Assembly: GCA_041670805.1 (NCBI GenBank)
Contig: JBAXYM010000001.1
Coordinates: 29,612 to 93,611, forward strand
From: Patescibacteria group bacterium
GTDB lineage: Bacteria; Patescibacteriota; Minisyncoccia; JAHIHE01; JAGLIN01
Direction of reading: 5' to 3'
DNA length: 64,000 nt
The notes under the pieces are model-generated. The model did not search any database, had not been told where the DNA came from, and saw nothing but the letters and a program-made list of their open reading frames with translations. Position 1 is the first letter of the stretch. Every line of letters begins with the position of its first letter. Both the position numbers and the translations under genes were made by a program. This document shows, piece by piece, positions 49,361 to 59,336 of this stretch.

Positions 49361-49812
49361 TAGTGCTGACCCACCTGCACTTCCTGACGCTTTTATCTAC
49401 CATTTTCTAAAAAGCTGCCCTGTATTTGGATCACGCCAGAGATGGTGTGAAATGCTGCACAAGAACGTTTTGTCCCGCGTGGTTCACACCATCTCTGGTG
49501 TGATCCAAAAACCCATAATGCAAAATACGCAGGATCGTTGTAACGACTACCTGCCGTATAATTGTGTATGACCATAAATAATGAAGTACAATGCTTGCCT
49601 TGCATAGTTACGGGATTCCGGATATTTCGGAGTACCGAAATTCCGGAATGACAAATAAAAATTGTTTTTACCTTTCAATTTGGCAAAAATAAGCGATTCA
49701 AAGTGCAAGAGGGGCAGGGTTAAGTATTATGAATCCAGAAATGGTGTGAATGCCGCGCAAAAACGTTTTATTCCGCGTGGTTCACACCATTTCCGGTGTG
49801 GTCCGAATACAA
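49361..49812. repeat. ~450-bp composite repeat (B-A-B with GACCCACCTGCACTT end), left arm
   Basis: Reverse complement of 51086-51547. Confidence 0.92.
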
Positions 49813-49851
49813 AGGCGGATTTTCTTATCAATTGGGTCGGATTGCACACAT

Positions 49852-49995
49852 TTGACAAATTTTATAGTTCGTGTAAAATGTATTTGTATTCAATAAATCC
49901 CTAGACAACAGGCAAAAAAGTAAGCCCTGTCGAGGATAAAAAGCTTGAAGTTTTTTATTTTATCGCGGTCTCAGGATTTTAGCGATTTTTTTGTG
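49852..49995 (+). promoter_or_regulatory. rplJ promoter and L10 leader
   Basis: TTGACA-16-TAAAAT; CCTAGACAACAGG...TAAGCCCTGTCGAGG resembles the L10 leader core. Confidence 0.75.
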
Positions 49996-50035
49996 TTTTA
50001 ATGGAAAGAATCGATATAATTTTTAAATCAAATAA

Positions 50036-50557
50036 ATGATCACAAAGGAGAAGAAAAAAGCGATTCTCCAAGACCTGACCGACAGATTTTCCAAGTCAAA
50101 ATCTTTGGTGTTTCTGGGATTTCAAGGACTTACCGCAAAGGACAACTTGATGCTCCGACGCAAATTGCGCGCCGAAGGTGTCGACTATACGGTGGCCAAG
50201 AAAACCTTGATTAAAAAGGGAATGGAGAGCGTCAATATTCAAGGCACGGAAAACTTTGCACCGGAAGGAGCGATTGCCGTTGTCATCGGCTACGATGATG
50301 AGATTGCCCCGGCAAGGATTGCAAAAGAATTCGGAAAGACAAACGACAAAGTGCAGATTTTGGGAGGAGTTATGAATTCCGAAGTCGTGGGAGCCGAAGC
50401 AATGAATCAAATAGCTTTATTGCCGAGCAAAGACCAGCTCAGAGCCCAACTCGTTTATACCATCAACGCTCCGGTTTCAGGATTTGTCAATGTGCTTGCC
50501 GGCAATGTCCGCAGCCTGATGAATGTCTTGAATGCCATCGCAGAAGAGAAAAAATAA
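50036..50557 (+). CDS. rplJ: 50S ribosomal protein L10
   Basis: FQGLT...LRRKLR, VAKKTL, LPSKDQL. Confidence 0.96.
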   Translation: MITKEKKKAILQDLTDRFSKSKSLVFLGFQGLTAKDNLMLRRKLRAEGVDYTVAKKTLIKKGMESVNIQGTENFAPEGAIAVVIGYDDEIAPARIAKEFGKTNDKVQILGGVMNSEVVGAEAMNQIALLPSKDQLRAQLVYTINAPVSGFVNVLAGNVRSLMNVLNAIAEEKK

Positions 50558-50615
50558 CGAAATTTTAAATAAGAATCCAAATCAATTAATTTAATCTTAA
50601 GAAAGGAAAATAATT

Positions 50616-51026
50616 ATGTCAGAAGAAACAAAAGAGGAAGTAGTAGTTCCTGAAAAATTCAAAGCATTGGTAAAGGAAATCGAAAACTTAAGCGTTCTCG
50701 AACTCTCCGAGCTTGTGAAAGTATTGGAAGATAAATTCGGTGTTTCCGCCGCCGCTCCCGCAATGATGATGGCTGCCCCTGCGGCTGCCGGTGCAGGCGC
50801 TGAAGCCGAAGAGAAGTCAAACTTTGATATCGAGTTGGTATCAGGCGGCGACAGCAAGATCGCTGTAATCAAAGTTGTCAAAGAGCTTACCGGTAAAGGA
50901 TTGAAAGAAGCCAAAGACCTCGTGGACGCAGCTCCTGCGGTTATCAAAGAAAACATACCGAAAGCTGAAGCCGAGGACATCAAGAAGCAGCTTATGGACG
51001 CCGGCGCTACTGTCAACTTGAAGTAA
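50616..51026 (+). CDS. rplL: 50S ribosomal protein L7/L12
   Basis: [33 protein letters not shown]. Confidence 0.98.
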   Translation: MSEETKEEVVVPEKFKALVKEIENLSVLELSELVKVLEDKFGVSAAAPAMMMAAPAAAGAGAEAEEKSNFDIELVSGGDSKIAVIKVVKELTGKGLKEAKDLVDAAPAVIKENIPKAEAEDIKKQLMDAGATVNLK

Positions 51027-51042
51027 TTTTCACTTCATATAC

Positions 51043-51078
51043 AAAAACAGGGGACTTGAAAGAGTCTTCTGTTTTTTT
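51043..51078 (+). terminator. Intrinsic terminator of rplJL
   Basis: AAAAACAGGGGACTT-GAAA-GAGTCTTCTGTTTTTTT. Confidence 0.8.
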
Positions 51079-51085
51079 GTCGCGT

Positions 51086-51547
51086 TGTATTCGGACCACA
51101 CCAGAAATGGTGTGAACCACGCAGGACAAAACGTTCTTGTGTAATATTTCACACCATTTCTGGTGTGATCCGTAATTCAAAATCCACTAATTCCCCGACT
51201 CACCTGCACTTTGAATCATTTATTTTAGCCAAATTAAAAAGGTAAAAACAATTTTTATTTGTCATTCCGGAATTTCGGTACTCCGAAATATCCGGAATCC
51301 CGTAACTATGCAAGACAAGTTTGTATTTCATTATTTATGGGTCACGCAATATATGGCAGGTAGCCGTTACAACGATCCGGTGTATTTTGCATTATGGGTT
51401 TTCGGATCACACCAGAGATGGTGTGAACCACGCGGGACAAAACGTTCTTGTGCAGCATTTCACACCATCTCTGGTGTGATCCAAATACAAGGCAGCTTTT
51501 TAGAAAGCAATAGATAAGCGTCAGAAAGTGCAGGTGGGTCAGCACTA
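51086..51547. repeat. ~460-bp composite repeat, right arm; contains MITE-like unit 51197-51540
   Basis: TIR GACTCACCTGCACTTT / AAAGTGCAGGTGGGTC (15 of 16 match). Confidence 0.92.
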
Positions 51548-51640
51548 AAACTACTCGGTTGGGAGAAGTGCTTTGATCGTGTTGGGTTAGAATCATATAT
51601 TGCGTATGACCCTAACTTGCCATTTATTGTGAAATAAAAA

Positions 51641-51668
51641 CTAAAAGGAGCAGGTGAATACCTGCTCC
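51641..51668 (-). terminator. Terminator downstream of the 836-aa gene
   Basis: GGAGCAGGT-loop-ACCTGCTCC followed by Ts on the minus strand. Confidence 0.7.
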
Positions 51669-51750
51669 CACAACAACCTGCTTCCACACGCCCCCTCCCA
51701 CAACCTTCCCGCAAACCTTTCGCAGCCAAAAGCATTTTCTATCCGAACCT

Positions 51751-54261
51751 TTATTTTGTCAAATCAATCTTCACAATCTTGTTCTTCATTAGCACTGCCA
51801 TATTTTTTTCCTCCGCGTCGACGGAGATGTCTTTGATGTCGGAGAAGCCTTCGCCAGTGAGCTGTTTCACAAGAGCGCCGGTAGTTTTGTCAAAAAGAAC
51901 AATTCTGCTCTTGGAAGGCTCGACGACATACAGGTTTTTCTGATCGGTCAAGGTGTAAATCTTTGTCGGACTCGTAATGGCATCGCTCGGCTGTTTGATA
52001 GCAAACTTATTGCCATCCTTATCCGCATATTCCTCGCCGGTAAAATATTTCTTGATCTGTCCGTCGGAAGTAAGAATATAAACATATTGGTCGATAGCCA
52101 AAGAAACCGCATTTTTGATATCGCCGCTTTTCAGCCATTCGGTTTTGCCGTCCAATCCCTGGGCGGTCTTTTGATATTTATAGATCTGATTTTGGGCAGG
52201 AGACAGGAGATAAACATATCTGCCGTAAGTCGCAAAATCCGTAAAAACGTCATCCGCTTTCGTGCTCAATTTTTTAATCTGATTGTTCTTCAGATTGAAG
52301 CTAGAAAATTCCGATCCGTTGGAAAGTAAAATTTCTTGGCTTTGAAAATTCTTTGCGAACAACAAGCCGCCGATTGCTTCTTGCGCTTTTGCCGCCTGCG
52401 AAATTTCAGCCTTTGAAGCGTCAACTTTATACACGGCATTCTCGCTGTCATCAATCACATAATATGTCCCGTTTACCTCCACGAGATTTTTTATATTCTC
52501 ATTTTCAAAATTTGCCAAGACTTCCGGACCGGATACTTTCGCCACTTTATCGATTATATCTATCTGAGTCTGGGCGTTAGCGATAACTTCATCCGCTTGC
52601 GTATCCAGTGCGTCATATTCATTCTTCACCCGCAACGCCAAAGCGCGCGCTTCGAGATAAAGTTTGCCCGAGCTTTCCTCCGAGCCGGAAATGCTTTCCA
52701 CATCGGCCTGATTTATTTTCGTCTTGGACTCGTCAAGCAAAGATTGATACGCCGCCAGCTTGGCCGTGTTTTCTTTCTTTTCTTTTACCGATCCGTAATA
52801 ATAGCCGTCGCCCGCGAGCACCAAAAGCAGAACCACAATTATCGCTTTCTTCCCTAAAAAAGAAAACTTCTTGTTTGCACTCCTGACTTTATATTCTTTT
52901 TTGCCATTAAAAAATTTCTTCAGATTGCCGACCGGCGCCATTTCCGGTTTGCCGCTTTTGAGATTTTGAAGATAATTTTTTACATTGGAAGAAATCTTTT
53001 TGTGCACGCTTTCTTTCTTCTCGTCCAAATCTTCAAAAGTATTCGCCTCTTTTTTGGCGACCATCGCTTCAATACTCTTGTCCTTGTCGGTGTCAGTGTC
53101 CTGTTCCAAACTCCGGCTTTCCATTTTCTCGTATTCCTTGATAATGTCGCTCAAGCTTATCTTGCCCGTATCTTTTACTGCGGAAGCTTCAATTGTTTTC
53201 GCCGTAGTCGCCGCAGATCCCGCTTGCGCCAAAGATTTTCCACCTGCAACTTCCTCCGTCTTTTCTTTCACCGCGGACAATAAAGGCTCAGCCGCCGCCG
53301 TTTCGCTGCCCGTTTCTTCGGATTTCTTAACTTCGGCAGAGGATTCGGAAGGGGAAATCTCCTCAACATCAGGCTCTTCCTCCTGAAAGGCGAGTAGGGC
53401 TTTTTCCGCTTCAGCCGCCTCTTTGGCTTTTGTAACGACCGCCGCTTCCGCCGGTTTGCTTTCGTTTTCTTCAAGAGCTTCCGCCTCGTCTATTTCAACT
53501 CCTTCCACCAAAGCTTTTTCCAGAGATTTTTCCGCCGGTTCTTTCTCATTAAATTCCAGTTCAGAGTGAGATATAAGATTTTTCTTTTCGCCTTCTATCT
53601 CGATAAGCAGGGCGCTCACGGTTTCGCTGTCTTCTTCTTCGATTTCCTCCTGAAGCTTGGAAGCAAATTCGTCCAGCTTCATCGAGGAACCGAGCTGCCG
53701 CAATTTTTCCAGCGAGAAAATATTAAAAAGTCCGCTTGTCGCAAAAATCACCAGGTCGCCATCGGAAAGATCTCCGCTTGCAATATTATTAAAAACCCGC
53801 TTGGCGGAAACCGGCTTGCTGTCGTCCTCTTTGATGATTTCCATAATCTGCCCGCCGCGGATAAGCAGCGATTTGATTTTCCCGACCTGGCTCAGGTAGA
53901 ATTTATTTCCGTGATAAGTCCCGCAGACCATGCTGAGCCTGCCGACGTATTCTCCGTTGCCCTGATCGGCCAAATCCGCGAGAGTCTTGTTGGCCTCGGA
54001 AAGCCCCGCCTCCAAGCCCTCTTCCGCCGTCCGTTTCGTGTTGGCGTAAAATTCCTTTTTGATTTTTGACGCAAGGACATTCATTATATAAGAGCAATTT
54101 TTGGGCAAATCCTTCAAGTCCCCGACAATAAAAAGATTCCCCAGATTTTGCTCCTCGACATTTTCGGGCTCGTAAATGAAGACATCGCCAAAGGACTTTT
54201 CTTCGTCCTGAGAATAAACAATCTCCCTGATCTCAATTTTTTTATCGTTGCTTTTGCTCAT
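51751..54261 (-). CDS. Bitopic membrane protein: degenerate PP2C-like N-domain, charged linker, TM, beta-propeller-like C-domain
   Basis: LGNLFIVG, QVGKIKSLLIRGG, SGDLSDGDLVIFATSGL; TM IIVVLLLVLA; repeated YVYLL/YVYIL/LYVVE strands. Confidence 0.6.
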   Translation of the reverse strand: MSKSNDKKIEIREIVYSQDEEKSFGDVFIYEPENVEEQNLGNLFIVGDLKDLPKNCSYIMNVLASKIKKEFYANTKRTAEEGLEAGLSEANKTLADLADQGNGEYVGRLSMVCGTYHGNKFYLSQVGKIKSLLIRGGQIMEIIKEDDSKPVSAKRVFNNIASGDLSDGDLVIFATSGLFNIFSLEKLRQLGSSMKLDEFASKLQEEIEEEDSETVSALLIEIEGEKKNLISHSELEFNEKEPAEKSLEKALVEGVEIDEAEALEENESKPAEAAVVTKAKEAAEAEKALLAFQEEEPDVEEISPSESSAEVKKSEETGSETAAAEPLLSAVKEKTEEVAGGKSLAQAGSAATTAKTIEASAVKDTGKISLSDIIKEYEKMESRSLEQDTDTDKDKSIEAMVAKKEANTFEDLDEKKESVHKKISSNVKNYLQNLKSGKPEMAPVGNLKKFFNGKKEYKVRSANKKFSFLGKKAIIVVLLLVLAGDGYYYGSVKEKKENTAKLAAYQSLLDESKTKINQADVESISGSEESSGKLYLEARALALRVKNEYDALDTQADEVIANAQTQIDIIDKVAKVSGPEVLANFENENIKNLVEVNGTYYVIDDSENAVYKVDASKAEISQAAKAQEAIGGLLFAKNFQSQEILLSNGSEFSSFNLKNNQIKKLSTKADDVFTDFATYGRYVYLLSPAQNQIYKYQKTAQGLDGKTEWLKSGDIKNAVSLAIDQYVYILTSDGQIKKYFTGEEYADKDGNKFAIKQPSDAITSPTKIYTLTDQKNLYVVEPSKSRIVLFDKTTGALVKQLTGEGFSDIKDISVDAEEKNMAVLMKNKIVKIDLTK

Positions 54262-54481
54262 TTTTTTACGCTTAATTTTGTTTTATAGATTTGATGGTAT
54301 TATAATACTTTTTATGATTTTTATCAAAATTTATTGCGACGGGGCGAAAATACGCATTAAAGCCCGACTCAATTTTCCTTTTACGCGCAACTGCGAAGAA
54401 AAAGTTTTTAGCGGTCAAAAGTGACAACACCGAAAAAATAGCTTAAAATAATAACATCATAGCAGCTTAACCCCAAACCAT

Positions 54482-55471
54482 ATGGAAATAAAAAATCTGC
54501 CGGAAAACATCAAAGAAAACATTTCCCTGAAACCCTATTCCACTTTCAAGATAGGCGGCCTAGCAAAATATTTTTGCGCGGCGCGAAATGAAAAAGAAAC
54601 GGGAGAGGCGCTCGACTTCGCCATTGAAAATAAATTGCGCGTTTTCATCCTCGGCAGGGGAAGCAATCTGCTCATAGCCGACAAAGGCTTTGACGGGCTG
54701 GTACTGAAAATCGAAAACAGAGACACTGCGACCGAAGAAACGGAAGAGGGGATGACAGCGCGCTTGGGAGCGGGAAATCTTCTCACGAAACTTGCGCTGG
54801 ATTTTCAAAAAGACGGCATCGGCGGATTGCAATGGGCGGCGGGCATCCCGGCAACACTCGGCGGCGCAATTTGCAACAACGCCGGCGCGAACGGACACGA
54901 CATCGGCGAAACGATAAAGGCGGTAAGAGTTTTGGAAATGAAATTCTCTCCGGAAAAATATTTGGAAAACTACGCCCTGCGAAATATGGCGAAAGAGGAA
55001 TGCGGGTTTGCCTATCGAAAAAGTATTTTCAAAGACACGAAAAATTTCGCAATCCTGGGCGCGACCTTGCTCTTGCCAAAAGAGGATGGCGAGGAGCTTA
55101 AAAAAGAGATTGAGAAAAATCTGGAAAATCGAAGGCAAAAACAGCCTCTCGAATATCCCAATGTCGGCAGCATCTTCAAAAATCCCGTGTTAAGAGAAGA
55201 ACAAAAAAATAAACTTATGCAGAGGTGTCCGCAATTAGAGAATGCCTGCAAAAACAATACGGTGCCTGCCGGCTGGCTGATCGAGCAAGCCGAGCTCAAA
55301 GGCAAAAAGGTCGGGGGAGTGATGGTTTCGGAAAAACATGCGAATTTTATCGTCAACGTCGACGAGGGTCAAGCGGAGGACGTCGTAATTTTGATAAGTC
55401 TCATCAAACAAAAAATCCGCATAAAATTCGGAATTCAGTTGCATGAGGAGATAGAGTATGTGGGGTTTTGA
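54482..55471 (+). CDS. murB: UDP-N-acetylenolpyruvoylglucosamine reductase
   Basis: TFKIGG, GRGSNLL, GIPATLGGA..NAGA, GSIFKNP, KHANF. Confidence 0.96.
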   Translation: MEIKNLPENIKENISLKPYSTFKIGGLAKYFCAARNEKETGEALDFAIENKLRVFILGRGSNLLIADKGFDGLVLKIENRDTATEETEEGMTARLGAGNLLTKLALDFQKDGIGGLQWAAGIPATLGGAICNNAGANGHDIGETIKAVRVLEMKFSPEKYLENYALRNMAKEECGFAYRKSIFKDTKNFAILGATLLLPKEDGEELKKEIEKNLENRRQKQPLEYPNVGSIFKNPVLREEQKNKLMQRCPQLENACKNNTVPAGWLIEQAELKGKKVGGVMVSEKHANFIVNVDEGQAEDVVILISLIKQKIRIKFGIQLHEEIEYVGF

Positions 55472-55549
55472 AGGCAGAGCTGCGGACAATAAAAAAACGC
55501 CTTTCCTTTTTTAGGATCGGCAATCGGCGTTCGGATTTGAAAAATTTTA

Positions 55550-55762
55550 TTAATTCTGCATATTCTTGGCAGCTTCAAATCTCGCTAATTCTTCTGTTCT
55601 TCTTTGTTCCCGTTCCTTCCTTTCTTTTTCACGAGGGATTGTTACTATTTGATGGATATAAGAGATTGTTTCTAGCACTTCTCCTTTAATTCCAAATCTT
55701 TGAGCCGTTTGTAATGTTTTGGCCAGAAATTCTTCACTTGAGATACCTAATTCTCGAGCCAT
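55550..55762 (-). CDS. Small hypothetical protein or gene remnant
   Basis: 70-aa ORF in an AT-rich segment; no motif recognised. Confidence 0.3.
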   Translation of the reverse strand: MARELGISSEEFLAKTLQTAQRFGIKGEVLETISYIHQIVTIPREKERKEREQRRTEELARFEAAKNMQN

Positions 55763-56021
55763 ATATTTCTCAGCCTCCTGATTTTTTTGGTTGATAAGCC
55801 GATTATAATCTTAGCATCATTGTATGTCAATCTTAAGGTCAATCTTAAATCATTGACTTCTTAAATAAAAAGAACTATAATGGAATGTTTTTTGATAAAC
55901 ATGTCTCACTAAGTCGCATAAGTTTGCAAACATTGTGAGTTTCTGTGACTTCATGAAGTAAAACATAAATAAAAAACATGAGTCAAATAAAAAAATACAA
56001 ATTAAAAGAGGTCGTATTGAA

Positions 56022-56954
56022 TTGAACAAAAAAGCTCTCAAGCGGGCGATAGAACAACTTGACAATTTCCTTAATCAAGGAAAAACAGCAGAAGTTATCC
56101 AAAAAGTTAATGCTATTTTGAAAGTTAATGCTATTTTGGAGGCTGAACATCTTTCTTTTGAAGAAGCAGAAGAGCTGCATGCTTTTAAGGGATGGGCGCT
56201 ATATAGACAAAAAAACTTTGAAGAAGCCAGAGAAGAAGCTCTCCGAGCCCAGAACACAGAAAGAGGTCTCAGGTGTCTTGCTGCAATTGAAAGTTATCTT
56301 GGCAATTTAGAAGAAGCGAAAAGCTATCTTGAAAAACTTCCAAACACTCCCGCGAAGGCTAATGCCAGAATGATTGGATTTCGGGAACCCACAGACCTTA
56401 CGCCAAAAGAAGAAGTTCTGGCGGTAGCATATGAATGGGTTAATGAAATCATTGATAAAACCAACACTGCCAATCTAATGAACAACACTGCCCGATGGCT
56501 TCTTGCTAAAAGTAAGGGGAAAGAGGACATGATGTTAGCGTTAGGTTTTATGCGAAGTGCAATTGAGCTTTATGGGGCAGGAACCACAAACCTGCATCAT
56601 AGAGCCAGTGCAAATTTCTGGGTTTCAAAAATAATGGAGGAGCTTTTCGGAGCGCAGGCAGCAGTAACTGCAGCAGAAGAGTCTCTAACTCTATGGGAGA
56701 TCCAACTTTCCCTTGATCCAGAAAATAAGAAGAACTTTGCCAACTCTCGAGAGGGAGCGGCAAACAGGCTCCGAGAGTTAAATCATGGTGGAATTAATAG
56801 AAATAATAATCTACACGAGGCAAGAATAATATATCACTTACCAGCAGATTCCACATTAACATGCGGGATAATGCCCCTCCCCGCCAATGCTGAAGAGATT
56901 AGCGCACGGACTAATGAGGTAGTAACGCCTGCAGATAACATCATGTGGGTATGA
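56022..56954 (+). CDS. TPR-like alpha-helical hypothetical protein
   Basis: AFKGWALYRQKNFEEAREEA and LGNLEEAKSYL TPR-like helices; GAGG SD before the TTG. Confidence 0.6.
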   Translation: MNKKALKRAIEQLDNFLNQGKTAEVIQKVNAILKVNAILEAEHLSFEEAEELHAFKGWALYRQKNFEEAREEALRAQNTERGLRCLAAIESYLGNLEEAKSYLEKLPNTPAKANARMIGFREPTDLTPKEEVLAVAYEWVNEIIDKTNTANLMNNTARWLLAKSKGKEDMMLALGFMRSAIELYGAGTTNLHHRASANFWVSKIMEELFGAQAAVTAAEESLTLWEIQLSLDPENKKNFANSREGAANRLRELNHGGINRNNNLHEARIIYHLPADSTLTCGIMPLPANAEEISARTNEVVTPADNIMWV

Positions 56955-57042
56955 TAAAATTTAAAAATCAGAGCAACGATGTGACTTTATAAAAAGCACA
57001 AATGAGTTGCTTTTTCTTTTTGCCTGAAATATGCTAATATGT

Positions 57043-57290
57043 GGAGTAGCACGGCTTTAGCCTGCGCCACTATCCCAAGCCGCAAACATATTTCGCACAC
57101 ATCGCATTTTCCCGCATTGGACAGCGGCGCAGGCTAAAGCCATGCTACTCCGTGATATATAATTTTGGTGTATTTTGAATTATGGATCACATCAGAAATG
57201 GTGTGAACCACGCGGAATAAAACGTTCTTGCGCAATATTCCACACCATCTCTGGTGTGGTCCGAATGCAAAGACGGATTTCTGATTGATC
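57043..57290. repeat. Family C doublet (57043-57151) followed by family B doublet (57184-57262)
   Basis: GGAGTAGCACGGCTTTAGCCTGCG...CATGCTACTCC; GGATCACATCAGAAATGGTGTGAA... Confidence 0.9.
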
Positions 57291-57330
57291 TTTTCTTTAA
57301 TAAACCCATAAAAACTCTGTAAATCTAATT

Positions 57331-58581
57331 ATGCCAAAAATCATACGCAGCAAAAATCGCAGCCTTCTTTCCCGAATGCCCAGGATGGAACAGACTACTT
57401 TCGATGTGTCGTTTGTTCATTTTCTGTTGATGTTCGGTTATAAGTTGTTTTCGCTTTTTTACCCGCTCTATTTGGCGTCTGTCGGAATTTCTTTGATCCA
57501 TATCGGCAACATATATTTTCTCACTTATTCCATCATTGCCATCCTTTGCCCGGTCGTCAATTTTTACATTCGCAGAATCAATCCTGCCAAGGTGGCAGCG
57601 CTGGGAATTCTGGGCTATGGGATTTTCGCCCTGCTGATGCTCCTCAGCCAAAATATCGCCGTTTTCTATCTGGCGCAGGTCATTTTGGGAGTAAGCGCGG
57701 CGGCATGGCTGGTGTCGCTCAAGTTTATTCTTATGAACTCAAAACCGGAGAGCCAGACCAAAAGTTTCGGCTGGTTTTATTCCATGCCAAGTTATGCGAC
57801 GGCCATCGCGCCGGCGATGGGAGGAATAATTATTTGGAAGTTCGGTTTTCGGGGAGTGTTTTTCGCCAGCGTAATCATTCAATTTCTGAACACGATCTAT
57901 GCCTATTCACGGCTGCGAAAAAATGCGGACGTATTGGGTTTCAAAAATCAAAGAGACAATCCGGGGATCGGGAGCATGAGTCAGCTAAAAAGATACCGCG
58001 AAGTTTTTCACATCATCAACAAGCGCAAGGACGTGCTGGTGATGCTCTTTTTTATTTTCGCCGCCCTCATTATGAGCGGAATTTACAGCGCCTTTTTCGT
58101 GCTGCTTCTCAAAGACCTTTCTTTCTCGCAAGAGGAAGTGATAAGATTTACGTCCGCCATTTCGTTCGTTTATGTGCCGTTTTCGATTTTGGTCATCAAA
58201 CTTATGGGAAAATTCCGCAAAACGAAAGTCGTAAGCGCGGGAATAGCCACGGAGGGAGCCGCGGCGATTATTTTGGGAAGCTTCTATTCCGTTCTGGGCG
58301 TGGGCGCGCTTTTTGTTTTGAATATCTTGGATGCCATGGGCGCGCTGGCATTGGGCAGCGGCAAGAGCGCTTTCTTCGCCAAAAAACTAAAAGATTTTCA
58401 ACAAGAGGCCTCGACTATTGATTCAATAATGACTACGCTCGGTCCGGCGCTGGGCGGACTTTTGGGCGGCATCGCCGTTTCGATATGGGGCTATCAAAAA
58501 ACTTTTTTACTGGCAGGCGTCGTGGTTTTTGCAATGGGGATATATTCGCTGTCTTTTAAGTTTAATGAGAGAAAAGGTTGA
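57331..58581 (+). CDS. MFS transporter
   Basis: About 12 TM helices; LGPALGGLLGG motif. Confidence 0.85.
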   Translation: MPKIIRSKNRSLLSRMPRMEQTTFDVSFVHFLLMFGYKLFSLFYPLYLASVGISLIHIGNIYFLTYSIIAILCPVVNFYIRRINPAKVAALGILGYGIFALLMLLSQNIAVFYLAQVILGVSAAAWLVSLKFILMNSKPESQTKSFGWFYSMPSYATAIAPAMGGIIIWKFGFRGVFFASVIIQFLNTIYAYSRLRKNADVLGFKNQRDNPGIGSMSQLKRYREVFHIINKRKDVLVMLFFIFAALIMSGIYSAFFVLLLKDLSFSQEEVIRFTSAISFVYVPFSILVIKLMGKFRKTKVVSAGIATEGAAAIILGSFYSVLGVGALFVLNILDAMGALALGSGKSAFFAKKLKDFQQEASTIDSIMTTLGPALGGLLGGIAVSIWGYQKTFLLAGVVVFAMGIYSLSFKFNERKG

Positions 58582-58604
58582 GAGAATGTTTTTGTCCGCT
58601 TTTA

Positions 58605-58846
58605 CTTGTCATTCCGGAATTTCGGTACTCCGAAATATCCGGAATCCCGCAGCTATGCAAGACAAGTATGGATTATGAATTTCGGATCACATCAGAAATG
58701 ATGTGAACCACGCGGGACAAAACGTTCTTGCGTAATATTTCACACCATTTCTGGTGTGGTCCGGATACAAGGCTGGATTTTCTGCTGCGCAAATTCCGAC
58801 AACTTTTAGAAAGCAAAAAAATAGGCATCAGGAAGTACAGGCGGGC
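58605..58846. repeat. Composite A+B repeat with AAGTACAGGCGGG end
   Basis: Inverse of 11977-12195. Confidence 0.9.
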
Positions 58847-58922
58847 AAGTTCGTCATTTTCTCGACAAAAAACCTGTTTGTGATATTATAAATCTATAGA
58901 TAATCATTCACTTAAGAAAGCT

Positions 58923-59336
58923 ATGAATATCATTATTAAAGGAACAAACTTGGAGCTTCACAATGACCTCAAGGAATATGCGGAAGAGAAAGTTGGCGGG
59001 CTTAAGAAGTTTTTGGAAGACATTGACTTGAACGGAAACCGCGTAGTGGCGCGTATTGAGCTTGCCAAGACGACACAGCACCACCAGCAGGGAGACATCT
59101 ACAAGGCGGAAGTAAATTTGCAGTTGCCGAAAAAGATGTTTAGGTCGGTAGTGGAGAGCGATGATATTTATAAGGCAATCGACGACGTGAAGGACGAACT
59201 CAAGATTATGATCAACGAGTATAAGACGGAGAAAATGGGTAAGTCGCGAAGAGGGCGCAAAATCATCAAAGACTTGAAACGCATTTCACCGCTTGCTTGG
59301 GCAAAAGATGAATTTCGTAAATTGCGCGGGAAATAA
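58923..59336 (+). CDS. hpf: Ribosome hibernation factor HPF/RaiA
   Basis: MNIIIKGTNLEL...YAEEKV...AEVNL...DIYKAID. Confidence 0.9.
   Translation: MNIIIKGTNLELHNDLKEYAEEKVGGLKKFLEDIDLNGNRVVARIELAKTTQHHQQGDIYKAEVNLQLPKKMFRSVVESDDIYKAIDDVKDELKIMINEYKTEKMGKSRRGRKIIKDLKRISPLAWAKDEFRKLRGK

Noticed and set aside
49393-51596. Similar short ORFs (...VFGSHQRWCEPRGTKRS...) as a small protein family
   Set aside because: They are translations of the repeats, with inconsistent starts and frames.
11570-58846. Families A and B as CRISPR repeats
   Set aside because: Dispersed rather than tandem, spacers are conserved, and no cas genes are present.
25511-58890. Family B always oriented towards a downstream promoter
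   Set aside because: True for several copies, but those at 45465, 46092 and 51086 face gene ends; intergenic location explains the pattern.
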